From: Bispira polyomma
Lineage: Eukaryota
Length of the DNA: 64,000 nt
Assembly (NCBI GenBank): GCA_965649765.1
Contig: OZ287749.1
Location: forward strand, 76,694,001 to 76,758,000
Reading direction: 5' to 3'
A program made the position numbers and the translations under genes. This document shows, one piece after another, positions 1-11,642 of this stretch. The first letter of the stretch is position 1; each line of letters opens with the position of its first letter. The notes under the pieces were generated by a model. That model saw only the letters and a list, made by a program, of their open reading frames with translations. It did no database searches and had not been told where the DNA came from.

Positions 1-1548
1 GAACCTTAGGTCATAGGTCAAATTTGAGCAGTGTATTATATTGTCTGTCCCTGGTTTCCTGGACGCACAAAATATTCAATGCTTTACAACCAATAGGAAA
101 GGAGATATAAAGCAAAAATATGAAAATTGACCTTTAAGGTTATAAAAGTGATCTTGAAACATATCTGTGTGGTTCAGAACCATACCAGTAGCTTTGTTTA
201 GTCCCATGCAGACTGGACAGGATGATCAAATGATAAATACTAGGACAGAGATCAGACTATGCTATATAATTGACAAACACACTATATTTCAAATACAGAG
301 GACCTAGGGTCAAACCTATCTACAGGCAGATACATAATGCCTTGGATGACCACTTGAAATGGTAGTCCTGCCATGTGTCCTTTCTGATAAATGGTCATCC
401 TCTGGCCCTTGTCGAAGAAATCGGTAATATGTAAGAGAGTGAACAGTATGCTTCAGAATGTGTTGTTCATTAGCCAAATCATTGATAATAACCAACAAGT
501 GAGTATTTTTTAAAGAAACTCAAATCAATCAATTTATTGAATGAAGAACTACTGAACATATTGACTAAATTATGAACAGAGCAGGTAATGATATATGTTG
601 TATTAATTACTCTAACAAATCATGTAAAAACCAAGTAAAGAAAAATACAGTGGAATCTCCGTTATCTAAAACATGCTAGAAGATGAAGATATAACTAACA
701 TAATAGAAGGTTTATCAAATGAAAGATATAAAACAATAGTAAAAACGATTTTGGAGAGTGAAAATGAGTTCATAAAATAAAATATTCAGATAGTACAGGT
801 TTGGATAGCAGAGCTTCTATATCTTAAAGCCTTCAACAGTAAATTGTTTAATGTGCTGCATTTGTTCAGGTATGACAATAAGTCTAAACTTCCAACCATG
901 TAATATACCGGTTCCGCTCTCTATATCGCCCATGCTCTCGCAAACGCCTACTTCTTTGAATTTTCGTCGTATTCACCCCTGGCGCTTCCGCAAGGGGAAT
1001 CGGTTAGTTTATTAAGGAGGACCACTTTTTAAATAGCAGTCATCTGTTACTGAGTGCTATTATCAGGGTTAAATAGTGCTTTTGATACCAGGTAAAGGTA
1101 GATAAATGTGCTGGGAGTATAAATTTGAATGTCACTAACAATCTACAAATATAAATAGTAAATATGAATTGCAGATGCAGATTAGATTCCCGTGACCCAG
1201 GCGTTGTATCTATCGAAGGTCCTAAACTATATTCATGCTTAACCTCAAATACTTTTTCAGGTCACTTTAAATTACTATCGGTTTAGTTGAACAAAAAGAA
1301 GGATAAAATAGAGGTTAAGCGTTCTTGGTGTACAGGTTTAAACTGGAGGTCTGTGGAAGTACTTACAATATGATGTATTTATTTCACAAATACATTACTG
1401 TTTAACCCAGTATTTGTGCAAGAAGTTTCACCTCTGTCTCAGAACTTGATTGAGCTACGGCTGTTACAGTTACTGTTGACACACACTATCAAACAGCATA
1501 TTTTATCTTTTTGACACTTAATAACAACGTCACATGTTTTTTAAAACA

Positions 1549-1554
1549 TTTATT
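1549..1554 (-). terminator. Putative polyadenylation signal of the Fox gene
   Basis: AATAAA on the minus strand ~160 bp past the stop at 1711. Confidence 0.45.
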
Positions 1555-1710
1555 GTAATATATCAACTGGAATATACTTTAAGTAAATACTGATACAGCA
1601 TAACAAATCACATACTTTTACATAACAACAATATTAAATGAAAAGAATGTACAAAGTTTTTTTTCCTTTTCTAACATGCATAAGCAGCCTGAGACTTAGG
1701 TTGATATCAC

Positions 1711-3124
1711 TTAAGTCCATGACAGAAAGCTTTGGTTGAATCCATAATTCACTTGAGTTATATCCACCTCGGTCATAATGTCAGGAATATCAAGAAAGGC
1801 GGGAAACTCCACATCGAGTCCTGTTAAATCAGCAGCCATTGCTTGCCTTGGACAAACAGTTCTTACCGGTGAATTTGATATAGTGTGTCCCTTACTAGAG
1901 AATGCGCATGTGCTGTAGGTAGTCCCCCGTACTGGTAGCACTTCAGTATCCTCTCTACAATGTCTTTCTGGTGATGCCGATGGTGATAATTCCTCTGAAA
2001 GCTCTGTTGACAATCGTCTGCAGACATTGGTGACGTCACTTCCTGTGTCAGCATTGTTCATCTTTGGGAAAAGACAGATGTCTGTGAACTGCCCAAGGTC
2101 AAAGGGCGAGGAGCAACGGGTACTTGGAGAAGAATCAGTACTCGTTGGTGTCGATTCACAGCTACTTCCTTCACTGGGTGATGAAACTGCGCATGCGCCA
2201 ATACCAGAAGGGGAAGTATTCTGTCCTCTACTCTCCCCAACCACTTTCTGTTCTTCACAAAGAGGTTGAGATTTGGCGCCAATTTTACTGGACTCTTTGC
2301 TGCCTTTGTTTCTGTTGTATTTATCCACCCTGCCTTCGAGCAGACGACATTTTCTCCTGAGCATGCTCCCGTTTTCAAACATGGCTTCATATCGTGTCCA
2401 CAGGCAGCCTTTGTCCCCCAGTCTTCTGCCGGCCTTGACAAAGCAATCATTCAAGGTCAGGTTGTGACGTATGGCCCCGTGGAGCTTCCTGCTGTGTTGT
2501 TTGTAGTAGGGGAACCTGTCTTCTATGTAGTCCAGAATCTCCCTCAGAGTACACTTCTTATTGAGGCTGTTTGTGAGTACCATATGGATCATAGCCACAT
2601 AGCTATAAGGTGGCTTCTTGCTGCTATCTCCATACTTCACTCTATCTAAGCTGGCAGCTGAACTATCACTGCTACCCTCCCCAATAGCCTGTCTTAGTTC
2701 ACTGAAGTTCAAACTTAGTGGGTTGCTACTGGCAACAGAACGTTCTGATCACATGACCATTTTGTATGGTTGAGGAACTAGTAGTCTGGTTTCCATACTG
2801 TGGTAAGATGGTGGTTGAGTAGTTCTGTCCTTCTATCTGGTCTCCTGTGGTTACATGGCATGCAAGTCCCATGTTCTGTGACAGTAGTGTATCTGACAAG
2901 CCTGTGTAACTAGTTGGTACACTTGGTATACTAGTATATTGATGTTCGTAATTTTCTTGTCTGTAGTCACACCCATATTGCAGTGGTGTGTACTGGTCTA
3001 ATGTCGACGTCTGCTGATTCTGCCAAGGGTAACTACTATTAGTCTGGTAACTCATGCTTGTGACACTAGGTTGAGACTGGTAACCAGTGCATCCTGGGTA
3101 ACTAGATTGACTGTAATACTGCAT
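1711..3124 (-). pseudogene. Divergent forkhead-box transcription factor gene, frameshifted at ~2726-2750 (pseudogene, null allele or assembly indel)
   Basis: ORF 1711..2712 contains KKPPYSYVAMI...RFPYY...IRHNLTLNDCFVK...KGCLWT...MFENGS (forkhead signature). Upstream ORF 2726..3124 starts in caaaATG context, is Q/S/Y/T-rich and lies in a different frame. The downstream frame is open only back to a TGA at ~2752. Fox subclass cannot be assigned by eye. Confidence 0.85.
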
Positions 3125-3351
3125 TTTGTTGTTCTACCAGACAACTTTTTACTTGTATCAATTGTTTTGCAGACCAAATATACTTCTGTAATACTTTTGT
3201 ATAGTTGTATTTAGTATGTTAAATAGCTAAACTGTGCAAAAATTATTAATTTGTCAAAATATATTTATATATATATATATATTTATTTTCTTTCTGACCT
3301 TTACTGGAGGAATAAATTCATTAGAATGATTTAAGACCTAGAGTGGCCATC

Positions 3352-3359
3352 TATTTATA
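3352..3359 (-). promoter_or_regulatory. Putative TATA box of the Fox gene
   Basis: Minus-strand GTATAAATAG about 230 bp upstream of the ATG at 3124; a possible 5'UTR intron (~3298-3136) lies between. Confidence 0.45.
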
Positions 3360-4513
3360 CTTACTTTATTAAGCAGTGGGGATATATTAAGTTATAACAC
3401 ATTTACAATTAACTCAGTCTAGTCTTCTCACTAGAATGGCAGAACTCCGGTACTGAGCACCTATATATATATATATATATATATACTTTACTTGTATTTA
3501 CAACCTGACGGTCTACACCATATATAGGCGTATATATATATATAGATAAAAATAGAGTAGATACGTATTTGTGAGTAGGTCAATTGGTGAGTAGGTAATT
3601 ATATACAGGACAGCATATAACTGCTCAATGATTTCACCGGCAATAGTGAGGAGAGGGGGACAAGAGTGCAATCGGTTAGAGGGCCTTGAAGTCAGAGTAG
3701 ATTAAACTCCATTGCATGAAAATTGCAATTGATAACAGGAGAGAAGAATTGCATGGTGTTGGAATAAAACAACAGTTGAATTACTCTCTTTGAGTAGACA
3801 TAAGAAATTAATTTAGGTGTATTTGCTGTCCACGATCATATTCTATTAAGAAACAAGATTTCTTTACAATATTTACTTATTGTTTTAAAATCAATTCCTT
3901 ATCAGGTAGGTGTATGTTTATATTCTCACTCCCGAACGAGCCCCTACTCCACCCCCCCCCCCCCCCCCCCCCCATCAAACGAGAATGAAGCACTGAGGGG
4001 GTAATGCTGTTATTCTAAAATCACTAAGATGTTAATAAATAAAACAAGATAAATTATAAATATAAAACATTTTTTACAGACCTTGCTATTCTATATCAAA
4101 CTTTAAATGGTACTGAGACGTGTAGAACTACTAGGAAAATACAACTTCTAATACAATATACCTTTGTGTTAGTTACATGAGAGGCATTACTGTTTAAAGT
4201 ACAACGAGGAAGTCTTCAGATTTTAGGACACTATTTTCTATATATCTGTATTATTGTAGACTATAATATATTTCTTTATATCATTGCCCCTTACTGGTTA
4301 CCAAAAAAAACCTGATATCCAAAGTACCCAAATAAGTGTATATATTTATTTGGAATATAATTATCAGTTTCAAGTTATCCAAGTGATCTTGATATGTGTA
4401 AACACAGTAAAATATTGGTTGGAGAAATTTAATTTAATTACGAGTTAACTTTTGTTCTGACAATGTCAAACTTTAAATTGACAAAAATCCTAATTTTAAA
4501 AATTTGTGGATCA

Positions 4514-4623
4514 GGGCCCATATTCACAAAGGGACTTAGTCAGGTCTTAGGCCTAAATCTAGCACAAAAGTATATTGAGTTAAGCCTAAGACCTGGCTAA
4601 GTCCCTTCGTAAATACGGGCCCA
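4514..4623. mobile_element. Short palindromic MITE (Harbinger-like, TIR GGCCC(G)TATTCAC)
   Basis: Near-perfect hairpin ggccccatattcacaaagggacttag...ctaagtcccttcgtaaatacgggcc flanked by CAG on both sides; near-identical to 42524-42631. Confidence 0.75.
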
Positions 4624-5598
4624 GCAATATTAGTCTCAAAATATTTTGTGACACTATTTTATATGTTATCTGTGTCATTGTACATTATACTATATTTCCT
4701 TATATCATTGCCCTATTTCTGGCTGGTTACCAGTATAAAAAACCTAGGGATTAGCCTGAACTTAGGCGTTAAGACTTTTCTAATGACTTTTTGAAAAAAA
4801 TAGCTAAGTCTTTGGTCTTAGACTTAGCCGTATTCACAAAGCAGCTAAGCTTAAGGTTTACCTTAGCCAAGGGCTTTTTAACTTTAAGACAGGTAGGTAG
4901 TGGGCTTAACTTTACAGTAAAAAGTCTTATGCTTTTCTGTATAACTTTTACAAATGAATCATTGTAATTTTGCAATATCTTATAAACTATAAACATTTAA
5001 TTTTGACAGTATGGCCTCAAATATCAAACAAACGCCCAACTGTAACTCGTTATGAAACAAACAAAAAGTTATACAATTCATGCTATTTTGAATCATAAAC
5101 TATTTGAATAGGCTCAGCTGGTCTTAAGTCTAAGTTTAATAAAAGAATATTGTCTCAATTGATATTTATTTTGTTTTCACTATACAGATGTTCATATAGG
5201 CTTAAATAATTAAATAGTATATTAGTGTGTGTAAAAATGTAAATAATATTGTGTGTTATTGTAAATAAAGCAATATAAAGTTAAGACTTTTGTCTTAAAA
5301 TAGTATGTTTATAATATTGATTATAGAACGAAGGTATAAGGAGTTGGATATTAAAATGTAGTAAAATAACCTTTAGCAATTAAAAGAATGAAAATGTTAT
5401 TGGAATTTACAATTGTTTACTAAGGAAGCTTATAAGAGTCACATGAGTGAAGTTTTAAAAATTCAAAAGTATGGTATGTCGTTATCACAACTTACTATGT
5501 TGTAATTACCACATATAAGCTTCTGTAGTTTACTTTGTAAAATAAACATATAATCTGATTTGTCGTGATTCATGCTACCAACTCGCCACAGTGTGAAC

Positions 5599-5692
5599 GG
5601 GGCCCGTATTCACTAACAGACTTAGATCTAACACAAAAATATACTAGATTTAAGCCTAAGACTTGGCTAAGTCTGTTAGTTAATACAGGGCT
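5599..5692. mobile_element. Palindromic MITE, same family
   Basis: ggggcccgtattcactaacagacttag...ctaagtctgttagttaatacagggctc. Confidence 0.7.
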
Positions 5693-6039
5693 CTGGGCAT
5701 ATAATTAGCCCCAATACTTACATTTCATGCGAAGCTCCCAATATTGAAAACAAAGTATTCCTACAAATAATCTTGAACAGAGTTGGAACTAATAAAAACA
5801 CATGCAGCTCTTGTGTTTTCTCTTTTCTTTGAACAAATTTTACAAGTGGAAGCATTTATCAAATAATGATCCCAATTTAACATTAGAAATATGTTGGAAA
5901 CTGGTTGAGTTATAAAGGTTCAAAGCCAAAAATATCTATTATGAATGTGATAGTAACAGGAGTGACAAATGTTCCTGATGCATGTATCAAATTAATGATC
6001 TTAAGCAATCACTCTGTTTCTTACTATAAATGAGAATAA

Positions 6040-6165
6040 ATTCAGTCAATCCGAACAATGACAGTGGCATTTGGTCCAAACCACTGTCTTATGGTGTCAA
6101 ATAATAGACTGATATTAGCCCATGGTCGATGGTATCAAAAGCTGCAGAGAGATCTAGAAGGCAAG
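6040..6165 (-). mobile_element. Small degenerate L2/CR1 RT fragment
   Basis: Minus strand reads LLDLSAAFDTIDH, matching the RT motif of the LINE at 11643-14365. Confidence 0.7.
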
Positions 6166-6596
6166 GTTTATGTTATTACCGATGAAAAGTAGGGGTGAAG
6201 CAAAACAAAGGATTCAGCAAGTCTGTTTTTTAAATAACAATGGTGTTATATTGTGAATATTTACTTATGCGATCTGTCAAGTATGAAATTACTTTAGTGT
6301 ACAAACGTTCATGGAGTTAATGACACTTTACCAATTATGGAAATTCTGTTATCAACCTTACCTGGTCATATTTTGTGATTTATGTCAGGTAAGGTATTCC
6401 TTCTCAGTTGACACTATAATTACACTTTAAATTGCCATGGTTAGTAATTATTTGGACTTTTGCCATCAACTACAGTAAACACTTTCTGTAACTAGGACCA
6501 ATAAAAGTCCACTATCTTTGTAACTAGAACCAATTTTATGGTCCCAGCATTCCAAAATACTACTTTTAAATTAGGTATAATAATTAGAAGTTAGCT

Positions 6597-6750
6597 GGGG
6601 GCCATGGTGGCCTAGTGGTTAGCAAGCTTTAACAATCACTAGTCTGTCACCTCTGGGATCGGCTGGCTTGGGTTCGACTCCTGCCTATGTGGGAAAGGTG
6701 GTAGTTCTTTACTGTGGGCCGCTGGTTTCAGTGCAGAACCTTGATCAACT
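6597..6750 (+). mobile_element. tRNA-derived SINE, 3'-truncated copy
   Basis: A box TGGCCTAGTGG, B box GGTTCGACTCC; body matches 10423-10670. Confidence 0.85.
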
Positions 6751-7026
6751 TGACTTTCCATAAGACATATGTACAATAACATCATCCACACTCCACTATT
6801 AAAAGCCAATTTGAAACACTTTTCTTTGGCAGAAGCTTTCCACCAGAATTTGTTTTGCCATCACTCCACTCACAAGTGGTCTCTTTGGTTGCAACCCTGT
6901 TCTGGTTTAGATTATTGTCATGTGGTTTCTGATTAAAATGCATCTTAGAATTTCCTATCACAGAAACATAGCAGTTTATTACTGAGTGATTGATTGGTTT
7001 GTTTGTCACCATGATTATAGAAATGT

Positions 7027-10000
7027 ACAATTGGGGTTATAGATCCCAAAAAGGTGGGTTGTGCAATTGGTATCAGCGATAGGGTCCAGCAACATATTTT
7101 AAGTTTATTATTTGTTTGTACAGTCATTTTACCGTAAACGGTTCTATAGACCGCAAGACTATTGGCCCGTGTCATTTTTCAAAAAAACGCTTTTCAGATC
7201 ATGACGTCTATCTTGTTTTTCAGAATGGGCCCAAATACAATCCCAACCAAGCTATTGACATGATATACCTCCACAACAATTTTTTTTTTTTTTTTTTTTA
7301 AACAGTTCAATAGACTTTATTGTTTCTTTCAATATACATCAATAAATATAATACAATACATAACATTAGTGACATATGTATAAATAAAGACAATACAGAC
7401 AGACAAAATCTTTTCTGGCCTTCTTTCCATTAAATAAAAATACTTAATCCGAAATTATCAATGATTTCCAATTATCCCATCTTTTGTTAAAATTTTGGTT
7501 TTGCATATTATATTTGCTTAATAGTTCTTCCTCCCAAAAAACTCTCTGGAAATCTTTCTGTAACATTTTAATATTTAGTGGGTAGTTCTTATTAGAACAT
7601 TTAAAAACAAATCTTCGCGTTAATAACAGCAGGAAATTTAGTGGCCAAAAATAATCGTCCATGTTAGTATATCCAAATATTTTCATTTCCTCACTGAAAA
7701 TTATAGTTATTTTTAGGTGGTCTTTAATTAATACACATAAGGTATTCCATAAACCTTGTGTTTTTTCACATTGTACAAACAGATGGTAGACAGTTTCTGT
7801 ACCTTTTTCACATAAACTACACATATCATTGTTTGATACTTTAATCTTATGGAGATATTCCCTAGTACTAAGGATGATATATATAATTTTATATTGAAAC
7901 CATTTCAGCATATTATCATTTCATGTGTTAAAGTTTATTTTGTAAATTATTTTCCATTTTTCCTTTTCTATTTTTAAATTCAATTTGTTTTGCCATTTTG
8001 TTTTTGTTTGGCACTTTGGGATCTGAACAGATATATTTTTATTTAGTTTTTCGTAAATTTTCTTACTTCCTTTTCCAGATTGATAGAAACTTTTAATATG
8101 AAATAGACGAAATGGTCTCATGAGAATAAATGTACCGCCTTGTTTATGTACTTTTATATACTGTTTTATAGCTATTTTAATTCTAAAAAAGTTTAGAATA
8201 TTTATCTTTATATCATATAATTGTTCAATTTCATTAACTGTTCTTATATATCCATGTTCATTTACTAAGTCCCCAACTATGGATATTCCCTTGTTTTCCC
8301 ATTCAGGAAAACACATGTGGTTTTCAGAAAATTGTTTGTTGTACCAAAGTGGAGTTTCTAAAATATCAAAATTGTCTTTAACTTTTAGTAAGGAACAAAA
8401 GTTTCCCCATTCATGAAAAATTTGTTTCCAAAATTGGTTGTTTAACTTTTTTGCAATGGCAAAACTGCATTCTCCCCCTCTTGAGGGTAGTTTTTAATTT
8501 TACATATTGCCGTCAATACTTGGTACTAAGGAGGCTCATTTAATTGATTACATTCGAAAATTCGCTTAATCCATCTCAATTTCATAGAGTTTACAAAGTT
8601 AAAAATATTGATCATGTTTAGACCTTCATGAGGGTTGCTCATACACATATTTTTCCTACTAATTTTATCATTTTTTCCATCCCAAATAAATATGAATAGA
8701 ATACTATTAATTTCATCTATGATTTGTTTCACTACTGGGATTGAAGTGAATAAATGATTAAGAATTGATAATAGCAAAGTTTTAACAACTGTTATTTTAC
8801 CTATGGGTATCAAAAAACGATTTGACCAATGTCCTATTGTAGATTTTACTTTTTTTATTGACTTATCAAAATTTTGTGTTGGGATACTCTTCAAATCTAC
8901 AAAAGATTTGAGACCCAGCAAGTTGAAGTCAGTTACTCCCCAGCTTAAATCCATATTTACATGAAGCTTGTCTTTAGAATATCTATTTTTTCCAATCCAA
9001 ATCAATTTTGTCTTATCTGTATTTACTTTTAAGCCTGACCGTATATTTCAAGAACATTTAGTGTTGTCTGTAGGGAGATGGTACTGCCATTTAACATTAT
9101 GGTTGTGTCGTCTGCGAACTGAGTTAATTTATGCCCTACCTCTCCAATTGTAATTCCACAAATATCAGGATTTGCCTTGATTACGAGGCTTAGTATTTCT
9201 GCTGCAATTATAAACAGATATGGTGATATTGGGTCACCTTGTTTACAGCCTCTTTTAATTGGTATAGCATCCGATAACACCCCACACTGCTGTACACGTG
9301 CTATGATGTTATTATTAAAAAGTTCAATCCATTTAATAAAAGTTTTACTAAATCTAAAGAAAGCCAAAACTTTATATAAGAATTCCCATGAAATTGAATC
9401 AAATGCCTTTTCAAAATCAATTAGCATCAATAGACCAGGTATGTTTTTTGTTTCTGTGTAATACATTATATCATATACAAATCTTGTACTCTCACCTATG
9501 TTTCTACCAGTGACGAACCCTGTTTGTGTATGCGATATTATCTTATTTAAATACGGTTTTAACCTATTGGCAATAACTGAGGATGCAATCTTATATGTGG
9601 CACATAAAACAGATATTGGTCTCCAATTTTTCATATATGTTCTATCTTTCGAACCTTTTGGCAAACATGTGATCACTGATTGACTCAGAGTACTCGAGAA
9701 TGTACCTTTTTTATAGCAGCTATTTATAGCACCTGTCACGTAGTATTTTAGTTTATTCCAAAAAAATTTGAGAAATTTAACTGTAATACCATCTAAACCT
9801 GGAGACTTATAATTTTTCATCGCTTTCAGTGCTAAACCTGCTTCCTGTACAGTAATAACACCTCCTATCTCTATATCATTAACTTTATGTATATTTTTAT
9901 TTTTAAAAACTTCATCCAGATTAAAATGATCTAAACTTGTGCTCTTGTTATAAAGGTTTGCATAGTAATCCTGTATGTTTTGCAAAACGTCTTTCTGTTC

Positions 10001-10276
10001 AGTTATTTTTTGACCATTTGGTAATTATAATTTTTTTATGGTTTTTTCTACAAAACTCTTTTTTTCTAGATTACAAAAATATTTTGAAGATTTTTCGTCA
10101 TCACTCAACCACTTTAAACGGGCTCTAACCACATGTCCTTTCATTTTTATCGACAAATTTGGTGATGATACCAGAGAAAGATTTTGTTTAAATGTCCGCA
10201 AACCAAAATTTTGATGGACGGATGTCGGACACATCAATCTAATAGGCGCGTTGGTTACACGTAACCCGCCCAAAAA
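7027..10276 (-). mobile_element. Non-autonomous Helentron-associated element (HINE), interrupted by a Tx1/L1 LINE
   Basis: One end has hairpin ggggttatagatccc plus aaaaaggtgggttg. The other has a GGAC/GTCC-type microsatellite, inverted repeat ggcgcgttg...taacccgcc and an A-run. The same end and core unit occur at 39617 onward. Confidence 0.7.
7280..10152 (-). mobile_element. 5'-truncated, degenerate Tx1/L1-clade LINE (ORF2 RT + C-terminal zinc knuckle, poly-A tail)
   Basis: Fragmented ORFs with RARLKW...EKSSKYFCNLEK, KSPGLDG, KNWRPISVL, IDFEKAFDSI, GCKQGDPISPYLF, QFADD and CSLCEKGTETVYHLFVQC. AATAAA at ~7316-7321 and a 20-nt poly-A (T run 7280-7299). Several frameshifts/stops. Confidence 0.95.
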
Positions 10277-10422
10277 TGACTGAACTTATCATAATGAAAT
10301 TTAGTGGAGGATTGGAGCATGAATCACGGATGAATTAAATCTTATAACAAAGGAAGACATTATTACACTTCTCTTGCACTGTTGCACCTTGGTGGGTTAA
10401 GTAAGTGCTTCACTAAGTGCCC

Positions 10423-10670
10423 GGGGCCGCGGTGGCCTAGTGGTTAGCAAGCATTGGTCTCTTACCTCTGGGATCGGCTGGCATGGGTTCGACTCCCGTC
10501 GATGCCTATGTGGGAAAGGTGGTAGTTCCTTACTGTGGGCTGCTGGTTTTAGTGCAGAACCTTGATCAACTCTATGCAGTGTTTTCTCCAGCATTTCCAA
10601 CTACCTGTCCCAATATAACCTTAACAGGTACTAGAGTGGACGTTAAATATCCCAATTAAAAATAAATAAA
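10423..10670 (+). mobile_element. tRNA-derived SINE, apparently full length
   Basis: GGGGCCGCGGTGGCCTAGTGG A box, GGTTCGACTCC B box, ~250 bp, ends ggacgttaaa...(AAAT)n tail. Confidence 0.9.
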
Positions 10671-11129
10671 TTCACAAATGCCCTTCTAGTTCTAGATGAC
10701 TTGAATTTCTACAAAATTCGGATTTGTTTCTCTGAACTATTGTAAAATTCCACTGTACACAGTGGACCTCATTTATTGCATTTCATGAATTAATCCGAAC
10801 TCTTTCGACCCCTAAGGTTGTCCCAGACATATGTCTGCCACTAAGCAGTTGACACCCCCTAAAATATTATTTAATTTTCTTATCAATTCCTCGCAATAGG
10901 CAAATGTGAGGCAAATACATTAGGCCAATATGTTCAATGCCGGAAGTATTCTATGGCGTGTTTAGTGACCACAGCTACCTGTAAGTAACCCATTACTGAA
11001 AAATTATTTTCAGTTCCCGGCAATAGTTTTCTCGTGTGGTTGAAAGGATTAAATCTCTGAAAAGTACATTTTTATCTACTACCGTCTAACCTTTGGTGTA
11101 GGTTTTAGTTCAAAAAGTATGTTCATAAA

Positions 11130-11450
11130 ACCAAAATCACCTCTTCATTTCCTCAATCCGACCAAATAGCAAAATTGACAGGCGCCGTTTTGCTGTTGCG
11201 GCTCTTGTTGAATGGAACAAGCTTCCACAGACTGCTAGATCACAGGATATAATCACTGGTTTCAGAAGCCAACTCCAAACATACCTTTTCAGACTGACAT
11301 AGCCCCCACCTGTTTAGGTTCTTCCCTGGTTGGATGCTTTTGGAAACAACCTTTTGTCTGGCCTTGGAATTTCCCTTTTGGCATATCAGTGCCTTAGAGG
11401 ATGTTTTTATCAATTTGGCACTCTATAAATGCTTTAATTATTATTATGAT
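11130..11450 (+). mobile_element. Old L2-type LINE 3' end
   Basis: Translates RRFAVAALVEWNKLP...GFRSQLQTYLFRLT*, followed by a gtgcc...ggcac stem and (TTA)n tail. Confidence 0.8.
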
Positions 11451-11642
11451 TAGTTGCATGTAGAGGAAATCAGAGCACACAAGTTGGTCAAACTTTTCTT
11501 TCTTCTATTTTATGAACCCTTCTAATATCCAAACTTAATCTGGCCTCCATCCAAGCTGTTCATTCAATTGACATTGAATTCTAATGTGTTTTTTTGCAAT
11601 ATCCAGGAGTATTTCAAGTATGAAGATTCGAATATTAGAGAC

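Noticed and set aside
316-498. Short ORF near the window start
   Set aside because: No recognisable motif or confident splice sites; it could belong to a gene outside the window but I cannot support that.
10423-10500. tRNA gene
   Set aside because: A and B boxes are present, but I see no closing acceptor stem; it continues into a shared body and A-rich tail and has a second copy at 6597, so it is a SINE.
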